A stretch of DNA of 32,590 bases from a virus. Its lineage: Duplodnaviria; Caudoviricetes. The stretch covers positions 1 to 32,590 of IMG/VR virus record IMGVR_UViG_3300020120_000177, one strand, 5' to 3'. Shown piece after piece: positions 8,267 to 15,322 of this stretch (positions are counted from its first letter, which is position 1; the number at the start of each line of letters is the position of its first letter). The position numbers and the translations under genes are program-made. The notes beneath the pieces were generated by a model. That model did no database searches and had not been told where the DNA came from. It saw nothing but the letters and a program-made list of their open reading frames with translations.

Positions 8267-8496
8267 CGCTCGTGGCCCGAGACAGGCACCAGCCCTGGCG
8301 AGGGGCCCGTCTCCCCGTGCGGCCACCGAAGGCCGCGGTCGAATGCTGGCGGTGCTCCGAAGACCGCCGGCGGCTGTACACGATCCCGATCGGTCGGCCC
8401 GGCCACGGGATCGGGACGATCGACGTGTGCGGCCCATGTCTCGCGACGATCACGCCGCTCCCACCTGACCCGCTCGACGTGCAAACCACCGCCTGA
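8263..8496 (+). CDS. Small Zn-finger protein
   Basis: CWRC...CGPC; GTGA-coupled; last gene before the intergenic gap, a position where late regulators often lie. Confidence 0.65.
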   Translation: MTLVARDRHQPWRGARLPVRPPKAAVECWRCSEDRRRLYTIPIGRPGHGIGTIDVCGPCLATITPLPPDPLDVQTTA

Positions 8497-8517
8497 CACG
8501 AGGTTGTAGGGCCTCCT

Positions 8518-8558
8518 CCGACGCCGGTTGCTTGACAACGTCGGCGATAAGGTGGCGG
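8518..8558 (+). promoter_or_regulatory. Candidate late/lysis promoter region
   Basis: TAAGGT (8548-8553) as -10. TTGACA (8532-8537) lies only 10 nt upstream, a non-canonical spacing. Inverted repeat CCGACG (8518-8523)/CGTCGG (8539-8544). Confidence 0.4.
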
Positions 8559-8669
8559 ATGGCCGGGCGGACCCCTCTCCTCGACGCCTCGGGTGCCGGC
8601 GGCGCCTTCCTCCTCGGCGCCGCCGGCCGCATCTCCTACCGGACTTACCCGGGCGCCGGCATCTCTTGA
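8559..8669 (+). CDS. Possible leaderless 36-aa leader peptide abutting the first lysis gene
   Basis: ATG lies 5 nt after TAAGGT. MAGRTPLLDASGAGGAFLLGAAGRISYRTYPGAGIS*. TGA is directly followed by GTG 8670, which has no SD. Confidence 0.35.
   Translation: MAGRTPLLDASGAGGAFLLGAAGRISYRTYPGAGIS
8595..8627. other. Perfect 12-bp GC hairpin with loop TTCCTCCTC
   Basis: GCCGGCGGCGCC / GGCGCCGCCGGC; no U-tract. Confidence 0.8.
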
Positions 8670-8876
8670 GTGCCCAGCCCTGATGCGATCGACGCCTTCC
8701 TGCGCCTGGGTGTCGCGGGCCTCCTCGCCGTCGGGCTCATCGCGTTCGTCCTGGAGATCGTCGTCAGCGGTCGGGCCTACCGGCGTGTCCTGGCTGAACG
8801 AGATGCGGCCTACCAGCGCCTCAGCCGATTCATCGACGTCGTCGAGGCGGCGACCGGCGTCAGGCCGCCGCCATGA
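8670..8876 (+). CDS. Membrane protein (1 TM plus coiled coil), lysis block
   Basis: LGVAGLLAVGLIAFVLEIVVSG followed by a charged helix. Confidence 0.7.
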   Translation: MPSPDAIDAFLRLGVAGLLAVGLIAFVLEIVVSGRAYRRVLAERDAAYQRLSRFIDVVEAATGVRPPP

Positions 8877-9082
8877 GCTGGCTGCGTAGGGTGATGGCGC
8901 TGATCGAGCGGAAGCCGCCTGACCTCGGGAGTGTGGTTCCAGTGGACCCCTACCAGGCGCATCTGCTCGAGCAGGCCGACGCGATGCTCCGGCACCCGAC
9001 GATCCGGAAGCTCGAGCTCAGCCGCCAGGAGGCGATGCGGGCCTCGTTCCGGCGCGCTAATCAGCGCCTGGCCGACCGATGA
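8873..9082 (+). CDS. Hypothetical protein, lysis block
   Basis: ATGA overlaps at both ends. Confidence 0.7.
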   Translation: MSWLRRVMALIERKPPDLGSVVPVDPYQAHLLEQADAMLRHPTIRKLELSRQEAMRASFRRANQRLADR

Positions 9083-9399
9083 GCCTGCCCGACGTCCTGC
9101 TGAACGCGGCCGCGGCCTTGATCTTCCTCGACGTCCCGGTGGCGATCATCCTCGTCCGGGCCGCGCTCCGAAAGCCGCACATCACAGCGCTGACGCTCAT
9201 GGCCGTGGCGTCGTGGGGAATCGCGATCCTCATCAGCGCGTACGTCTTCGCCGCGCTGAACGCGGTCGCCGGCTACCCGGTGCCGAAGGAGACCGCCCAG
9301 ATCGGCTTCCGCCTGGCCGCGGTCGTCCTCGCGATCTTCCCGCCGCTGTTCCTGCTCGCCTACCTCCGCGGGTGGTTCCGCGACGGGCAGAAGTCATGA
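9079..9399 (+). CDS. 3-TM membrane protein, putative holin or lysis accessory
   Basis: Three hydrophobic segments and a basic C-terminus; immediately upstream of the peptidase. Confidence 0.65.
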   Translation: MSLPDVLLNAAAALIFLDVPVAIILVRAALRKPHITALTLMAVASWGIAILISAYVFAALNAVAGYPVPKETAQIGFRLAAVVLAIFPPLFLLAYLRGWFRDGQKS

Positions 9400-10397
9400 C
9401 CCTGAACGAGGACGAGACGATGACCACCGACCAGCTGCCCGGCCTGGGCGGCCAATACGACCCCGCCCTGCATGTCGCCGACTGGCCAATTTCCGACCTG
9501 TTCGCGGCCGCAGGCCTGCCGCCCGCCGCCGCCTTCCCGGCAAGCTTCCGCGTCGGCACGATGCCGTCGGTCCTGAACCAGGGCACGACCCCGCAGTGCG
9601 TGGCCTTCTCCGGGTCCGCGATCAAGGGCCACGAGGACCGGCTCGACCAGGGCGAGTTCTTCAACTTCGACGAGGCCAAGTTCTTCGGCGAGATCGGCGG
9701 CGGCCCGAACGGCGCGTACATCTCGAACGCCCTGGCCCGGGTCAAGAACTACGGCTACCCGGTCGTCAGCGTCGGCCAGGAGGGCCAGCACAAGGCCGCG
9801 GCCTACTACAGCGTCCCGCTGACCGTCGCCGACCTGAAGGCCGCGATCACCGCCTTCGGCCCGCTGTGGTGCATCGGCGAGTGGAAGAACAGCTGGTTCC
9901 GGCCCGGCGCGAACGGCGTCCTGCCGGCGCCGTCGACCGTCGCCGGCGGCCACGCGACCGTCATGTACGGCTGGGACGACGCGCTCGGCGGGTTCCGGTT
10001 CCGGAACAGCTGGGGCGCCGGCTGGGGCGCATCGGGCGACTTCATCCTGCCGTACAAGTACCTGACCGCCGCGGCGAACGGTGGCTACCTGTGGGGCGCC
10101 TGGAAGCTCACCGACGCGATCGAGTACTCGCCCCGCACGCTGGCCTGCGGCGCCCAGATCCGGCCGGACGCCCACTTCGGGGCCTCGCTCGGCACGATCG
10201 CTGTCGGCGCCCACATCGGAGTCTCGGGCAAGGTCGCCGGCTCGACCTGGTCGAAGACCTCGAGCTGCAACCCCAGCGTGCCGAACTCCGGCACCAGCTG
10301 GTACGTCGTCCGCACGATCGGCGGGGTGGCGGTCAGCGTCCGGTTCCCCGGGCACGCGGCCGTCTACGTGTACGCCGGCGCAATCCAGGGAGGCTGA
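9396..10397 (+). CDS. Papain-like (C1A) cysteine peptidase with an extra C-terminal domain; putative lysin
   Basis: NQGTTPQCVAFS (Cys 9597-9599), GGHATVMYGWDD (His 9951-9953), FRNSWGAGWG (Asn 10005-10007). No signal peptide. Start is ATG 9396 or 9420. Confidence 0.85.
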   Translation: MTLNEDETMTTDQLPGLGGQYDPALHVADWPISDLFAAAGLPPAAAFPASFRVGTMPSVLNQGTTPQCVAFSGSAIKGHEDRLDQGEFFNFDEAKFFGEIGGGPNGAYISNALARVKNYGYPVVSVGQEGQHKAAAYYSVPLTVADLKAAITAFGPLWCIGEWKNSWFRPGANGVLPAPSTVAGGHATVMYGWDDALGGFRFRNSWGAGWGASGDFILPYKYLTAAANGGYLWGAWKLTDAIEYSPRTLACGAQIRPDAHFGASLGTIAVGAHIGVSGKVAGSTWSKTSSCNPSVPNSGTSWYVVRTIGGVAVSVRFPGHAAVYVYAGAIQGG

Positions 10398-10399
10398 CA

Positions 10400-10765
10400 A
10401 TGGAAGTCCTGCTCGCGAAGCTCCCGGGCGATCCCGTCGCGAACGCCGCGGCGATCGGCATCGTCGTCCTGGCCCTCGCCGACTTCATCATCGGCTCGCT
10501 TCGGGCGATCTCGGGCGGCACCTTCACGTGGGACTCGTTCTCGACTTGGGTCCGTTCGCAGCTCGCCGGCCACGTCCTGCCGATCTTCTTCCTGCTCCTC
10601 GTCGGCCAGGTCTTCGGGACGATCGCGATCGGCGACGTCCACTTCAACGCGATCCTGATCGCTGCCGAGGTCGCGGCCGCGAGCTACGCGGCGACGACCG
10701 TGAAGTCGATCCTCGACTCGCTGAACACGAACGCACCGGATCCGGTGCCGCCGCCCGCCACCTGA
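10400..10765 (+). CDS. Putative holin (about 3 TM)
   Basis: SD GGGAGG; IVVLALADFIIGSLRAI and KSILDSL resemble the holin_4-type D..tG..kA...SI.EN pattern. Confidence 0.65.
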   Translation: MEVLLAKLPGDPVANAAAIGIVVLALADFIIGSLRAISGGTFTWDSFSTWVRSQLAGHVLPIFFLLLVGQVFGTIAIGDVHFNAILIAAEVAAASYAATTVKSILDSLNTNAPDPVPPPAT

Positions 10766-10960
10766 GTGCCGGGGCTGTACTGCTGGGCCTGCGGAGCAGC
10801 GCGCCAGCTCATCGAGTTCATCGCCTTCTGGCCGGTCGAACGTCCGGCGGAGCGGCACTTCGTGTGCCGGCCGACGCTCGACCGGCCGAACGCCTCGATG
10901 TGCTTCCGCGAAGCGGTCGGGCCGGCCGTCACCCACGCGATCGCGCCGGCCGCCGCATGA
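10766..10960 (+). CDS. Small Cys-rich hypothetical protein
   Basis: CWAC...C...C; abuts the holin stop and overlaps the next ATG. Confidence 0.6.
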   Translation: MPGLYCWACGAARQLIEFIAFWPVERPAERHFVCRPTLDRPNASMCFREAVGPAVTHAIAPAAA

Positions 10961-11205
10961 GCACCCATCCGCCGGCGATCACGCACGTCGGCTATCGCCG
11001 TCGCAGCGCAGACCCACCCGTCCAGGAGTACGACACGGTCGAGGACTGGATCCGGTCGCTGCCGAAGCTCGCGGCGTTCGAGCTCGGGTTCGAGACCGGG
11101 GGCACCGCGATCGTCACGGTGGGGACCATCCTCGAGGGCGGCCGGCTCGAGGCGATCGCCGAGCGGATCCGGATCCAGCAGCGCCTGGCGGCGCTGGGCC
11201 GCTGA
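10957..11205 (+). CDS. Hypothetical protein
   Basis: MSTHPPAITHVGY...; ATGA and TGATG coupling. Confidence 0.65.
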   Translation: MSTHPPAITHVGYRRRSADPPVQEYDTVEDWIRSLPKLAAFELGFETGGTAIVTVGTILEGGRLEAIAERIRIQQRLAALGR

Positions 11206-11894
11206 TGCCCGACACGTTCTACTGCCCCCGCCGCGATGACATGACGCGCTCGATGATCGCGTTCTCCGGCAAGGGCGGTCTTAGCCTGTGGATCGACCCG
11301 GAGCTCGAGGTCGGCGGGACGCCGAACGAGGACCGCTGGGTCAGCGATCGCGGCCGCGATCGCGGGTATCGCCACTGCACGTACTGCGGCAGCCTCGAGC
11401 CGTCCGAGTTCCTCGCGGCCGTCCTCGCCGGCGCCGAGGTCGGGCCGACGGACAAGGGCTACAAGGTCTACATCGACCTGCCGGAGCCGGCGCCCGACGA
11501 GCTCCGCGTCGTCTCGGCGATCACGTGGGATCCGGGGCCCGAGCGGGTCAAGGCCGAGGGCTGGCTGAAGGTCGATCGCAAGGGTCGAGCGCTCCTGAAG
11601 CGCGACGGCTGGGGTGACAGCGGCTACCTCTTCTACCGGCTGACGGCGCGCGGTCGCATCCACCACGACAAGTTCTACCTGCAGCACATCGCCCACCCGG
11701 GCCTCTTCCGGCAGTCGTTGTACGACCTCGTCAACGCCGGCAAGGTCAAGGTCGGCTATCCGGGCCACTTCTACTCGGGCCTGCTCGGCATGCGCCAGGA
11801 GCACCTCGCCCGCCACCCAGAGGCCGCGACCGAGGCCGAGCAGCGCGCGATCGACGAGCTCCGCGCCCGGATGCCGGAGGTCATGCTCCCGTGA
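11205..11894 (+). CDS. Hypothetical phage protein with a CxxC motif
   Basis: HCTYCGSLEP...GPTDKGYKVYI...KFYLQH; normal codon usage. Confidence 0.75.
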   Translation: MPDTFYCPRRDDMTRSMIAFSGKGGLSLWIDPELEVGGTPNEDRWVSDRGRDRGYRHCTYCGSLEPSEFLAAVLAGAEVGPTDKGYKVYIDLPEPAPDELRVVSAITWDPGPERVKAEGWLKVDRKGRALLKRDGWGDSGYLFYRLTARGRIHHDKFYLQHIAHPGLFRQSLYDLVNAGKVKVGYPGHFYSGLLGMRQEHLARHPEAATEAEQRAIDELRARMPEVMLP

Positions 11895-12187
11895 CGCCGC
11901 AGGAGCCGAACGTCGAGCAGGCGATCCTCGCCGCGGCCGCGAAGGCCGCCGCCGAGATGAAGCAGATCGCCGTGGCATTGCCGACTGGGCGGCCGGTGAT
12001 GCTCGCAGTCCACGGCGACATGACCGACTCCGAATGGCTCGCCTTCATCGGGATGCTGCCGGCGATCCGGGACGACCTTCGCCGCGAGTGGAACGCCAGC
12101 CACCCGTCGCCCACATCCGGCCTGCACCTCGTCGAGCCGCAGATCGACGCCGCGGCCGTGCGACGCAACCTGGCGCGGCACTCGTGA
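11891..12187 (+). CDS. Hypothetical protein
   Basis: SD GGAGG; GTGA coupling. Confidence 0.7.
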   Translation: MTPQEPNVEQAILAAAAKAAAEMKQIAVALPTGRPVMLAVHGDMTDSEWLAFIGMLPAIRDDLRREWNASHPSPTSGLHLVEPQIDAAAVRRNLARHS

Positions 12188-12423
12188 ACCGGCGGCCGTG
12201 CGCCGACGAGGACGACGAGCCGGTGATGGGCGCGTACCTCGGCATCGGCAGCCTGCACCACGTCAAGGATCCCGACTCGGCCGAGGAGACCGCGGCCGGT
12301 CGCCTCTACATCCCGGACCTCACGCAGCGCTCGGGCTGGTGGATGCACCTGGTGCCTCGACCATCCTCACCGAGCTCGTCGACGTCACCCCGCAGGCCGG
12401 TTGGCTTCCGGGTGCGGCGGTGA
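12184..12423 (+). CDS. Hypothetical protein ending RRPVGFRVRR
   Basis: GTGA-coupled start. Confidence 0.6.
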   Translation: MNRRPCADEDDEPVMGAYLGIGSLHHVKDPDSAEETAAGRLYIPDLTQRSGWWMHLVPRPSSPSSSTSPRRPVGFRVRR

Positions 12424-12435
12424 GCGGCGCTGCTG

Positions 12436-12756
12436 GTGGCACGGCTGCGCCGATGTCTCGACTGTGGGGACCTGACGACGAGCACGCGCTGCTCGACCTG
12501 CGAGCGGCTGCACGACGCACCACGGCGGGCGGTGTACGACGACCCGCGGTACCGGCGCCTGCGCGCTCGGGTCCTTCGGCGGTGGAGACTCCAGCACGGA
12601 CCCTGGTGCCCGGGCTTCGAGGTCGAGCCTCACGTCAGCTGGGACCTGACGCTCGACCACGTGATCCCGCTCGAGCAGGGCGGCGATGGGCTGGACGAGC
12701 GGAACGCCTCGGTGCTGTGCCGATCGTGCAACTCGAGGAAGCTGGCACGGGTCTGA
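12436..12756 (+). CDS. HNH endonuclease, packaging-associated
   Basis: CLDC..CSTC, LTLDHVIPLEQGG, N..VLCRSCNSRK; directly upstream of terS. Confidence 0.9.
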   Translation: MARLRRCLDCGDLTTSTRCSTCERLHDAPRRAVYDDPRYRRLRARVLRRWRLQHGPWCPGFEVEPHVSWDLTLDHVIPLEQGGDGLDERNASVLCRSCNSRKLARV

Positions 12757-13023
12757 ATGGGCTGCTGGCGGAGGTGGGCGACCACCCCGGGGGTACCCAC
12801 AGGGGCGTACGGCACCCTGCCAGCCGACTCCCTCGACTTTTGAGGGGTAGGACTCCGGCGCGTTTTTTTCGCCCGGCAGCCGGCAGCTCCTCCCTCGCGG
12901 GACGGGAGGCGCCTGGCGCCTCGACCGTCGCGCTCATCGGCTGCGGTGAACCCACCGTAGCACCCCCGTCAACGTGGCGCGAGGCCACGATTCGCCGGCG
13001 CGATGCCGGCGCGGAGGTCATCC
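12757..13023. other. Non-coding HNH-terS interval; probable cos/packaging-initiation region
   Basis: Position is typical of HNH-dependent cos phages. Palindromes CCCCGGGG (12785-12792) and GGGTACCC (12791-12798), plus T-tracts that are rare elsewhere. The cut site cannot be determined. Confidence 0.45.
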
Positions 13024-13590
13024 ATGCCCAGGGCGCCGAAGCCCAAGTCGGTCCGACAGAACACCGAGCGCCGCGACGTCGGCGAGGTGCCATCCGACGC
13101 GCCATCGCCGTCGCTCGAGCCGCCGAAGCCGCTCTCCGAATGGCTCGCGACCACGAAGCGCAGCTGGACGCGGTATTGGAGCTCGCCGGCGCGGCACGTG
13201 ACGGTCGCGTCGCTCGACCTCGACACGCTCGAGCGCCTCTGGACGCTGTACGACGAGCGCGAACGGGCCCAGCGCGAGCTCCGGAAGCCCCAGAAGGACG
13301 CCTCGGGCAAGGTCATCCGGCGCGATTCGCGCGTCGTCGAGGGTTCGCAGGGCCAGATGCGCCCCTCCGGGTTCTACACGGTCATCGCGCGGCTCGACGC
13401 GGAGATCCGGCAGCTCGAGGACCGCGTCGCGAAGCACATGAAGTCGCGACTGACCCTCGGAATGGTGGTCGGAGCCGATGACGCTCCTGTCGACCAGCCC
13501 GATGACGACCCCGAGCGCTCCGCCGGCGATTTCGACGACGAGCCGAGCGCCGATCCACGCCTCTACGTCATGGACGGGGGCGCCAGGTGA
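13024..13590 (+). CDS. terS: Terminase small subunit
   Basis: SD GGAGG; PPKPLS..W..YW, VEGSQGQMRP, SRLTLG pattern of P27-like TerS; precedes terL. Confidence 0.85.
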   Translation: MPRAPKPKSVRQNTERRDVGEVPSDAPSPSLEPPKPLSEWLATTKRSWTRYWSSPARHVTVASLDLDTLERLWTLYDERERAQRELRKPQKDASGKVIRRDSRVVEGSQGQMRPSGFYTVIARLDAEIRQLEDRVAKHMKSRLTLGMVVGADDAPVDQPDDDPERSAGDFDDEPSADPRLYVMDGGAR

Positions 13591-15322
13591 GTTCCGGCCG
13601 CCCCGGTACGCCTCGCCGCAGCCCTTCCTGCCGTCCGGCGGGCCCTACCCGACCGCGGGGCGCATCGCCGGCCGGTTCATCCAGCGCGACCTCGTCCACG
13701 GCGAGGGTGATGCGCTCGGCGAGCGGATCCGGCTGCTGCTCTTCCAGTGGTACGCCCTGAATCGCATCTACGAGTTCGATCCGGACACCGGCCGGCTGCT
13801 GCACGACACGGTCCTCATGGTCATCCCGAAGGGGAACGGCAAGACCGAGACGTGCGGCCAGATCGCCAACGTCGAGATGCAGTCGCCGCTCGCGCCGCTC
13901 CGCTCGCCGAAGGTCACGCTCTCGGCGGCGTCCTGGAAGCAGGCCGACGAGCTCCTGACGGCGTCGCGGCTCGCGATCACCGGCTCCGAAGAGGCCCCCG
14001 GACCGCTCGCAGGGCGTTTCCAGCGGGGCCTCCACCTCCTCGACGACAAGATCATCGCCCCGACCGGCGGCCGGATCGTCCGCCAGGCGGCGGTGGGAGG
14101 CCGCGCCGACGGCGGCAAGGAGACGTGCCACCTCGGCGACGAGATCCACGAGTGGATCGGGACGCGGGCCGAGCGCATGTGGACGGTCAAGGGCCGCTCG
14201 CTCCGGAAGCGCATCGTGATCCGCGGGACGTGCGCCCGGTGCCTCGGCGAGCTCGTCCCGGTCCGCGGCACCGGCCCGGCGCATCGCGACCGCGCCGCGG
14301 ATGCCGATCATGCGGCCCTGCCGATCCGCGGCGGCCTCCAGATCGGGATCACGACGGTCGGAGACGATCCGACGGTCGTCACCGAGGAGCCGGCGACCCT
14401 GCTCGCCCGCCTGTGGCGCAAGGGCGTGGCGATCGCCGAGGGCCGCCTCGTCGACCCGGGCTTCCTGTTCCTCGCCTGGCAGGCTGAGGAGGGCCTCGAC
14501 CTCGACAACGACCGCGACCTCGAGCAGGCGATTCTCCAGGCGAACCCGGCGGCCGGCTACGCGATCAAGGCCGACCCGAAGGTCGCCCAGCCGTTCCTCT
14601 CGGTCGAGGAGAAGGTCCGGAGCATCCGCGACATCACCGTGTCGCGGGCCGAGGGCGAGCGCTACGACCTCTCGTGGTGGTCGCAGGCGCCCGACAGCTG
14701 GATGCCGCTCCGCGCCTGGACCGCGCTCCGCCACAAGACGCTCACCATCCCGCCGAAGGGCACGAAGGTCTGGGGCGGCTTCGACGGCTCGAAGTCGCGC
14801 GACTCGACCGCGCTCTGGGGCTGCACCGCCGAGGGCCACCTCTTCAAGTGGGCCGTCTGGGAGCGGCCAGCGAACGCCGTGGCCGGCTGGACGGTCCCCC
14901 ACCTCGAGGTCGACCGCGAGCTCAAGGCGTTCTTCGCCTACTTCGACGTCCAGTTCGTGCAGATGGACCCGCCGCGCTGGGAGACCGAGTACGAGACCTG
15001 GTCGCAGGCCTGGCCGAAGCGGGTCCTCGCGTTCGAGACGAACGTCTACGAGCGGTTCGCGCCGGCGGTCGGGCGGTTCAAGGACGCGGTCCTCGAGGTC
15101 CCAGCCGGCGGCGTCGCCCGGATCAGCCATGACGGCGATCCGGTCCTGACTCGCCACATCGCCAACGCCCGACGGAAGGACGTCCGCTGGGGCGAGGTCA
15201 TCACGAAGGAGAACCCCGACTCGCCGCGGCGCATCGACGCCGCGGTGGCCGCGGTCCTCGCCTACGACGGTGCCATGGCCCCGGTGAAGAAGGTCGACAG
15301 GACGGTGCGCGCATGGTCCTGA
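13478..15322 (+). CDS. terL: Terminase large subunit
   Basis: IPKGNGKTE (Walker A), LGDEIHEW (Walker B), ITTVG coupling motif, GFDGSKSRDSTAL, RIDAAVA. The only in-frame ATGs near the 5' end (13478, 13502) lie inside terS. Confidence 0.95.
   Translation: MTLLSTSPMTTPSAPPAISTTSRAPIHASTSWTGAPGEFRPPRYASPQPFLPSGGPYPTAGRIAGRFIQRDLVHGEGDALGERIRLLLFQWYALNRIYEFDPDTGRLLHDTVLMVIPKGNGKTETCGQIANVEMQSPLAPLRSPKVTLSAASWKQADELLTASRLAITGSEEAPGPLAGRFQRGLHLLDDKIIAPTGGRIVRQAAVGGRADGGKETCHLGDEIHEWIGTRAERMWTVKGRSLRKRIVIRGTCARCLGELVPVRGTGPAHRDRAADADHAALPIRGGLQIGITTVGDDPTVVTEEPATLLARLWRKGVAIAEGRLVDPGFLFLAWQAEEGLDLDNDRDLEQAILQANPAAGYAIKADPKVAQPFLSVEEKVRSIRDITVSRAEGERYDLSWWSQAPDSWMPLRAWTALRHKTLTIPPKGTKVWGGFDGSKSRDSTALWGCTAEGHLFKWAVWERPANAVAGWTVPHLEVDRELKAFFAYFDVQFVQMDPPRWETEYETWSQAWPKRVLAFETNVYERFAPAVGRFKDAVLEVPAGGVARISHDGDPVLTRHIANARRKDVRWGEVITKENPDSPRRIDAAVAAVLAYDGAMAPVKKVDRTVRAWS

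Noticed and set aside
8532-8537. TTGACA as the -35 of a standard sigma70 promoter
   Set aside because: No -10-like hexamer at 16-18 nt spacing; TAAGGT is only 10 nt away.
14218-14331. TerL insertion as an intein
   Set aside because: Far too short and lacks intein splice-junction residues; kept as a Zn-finger-like insertion.
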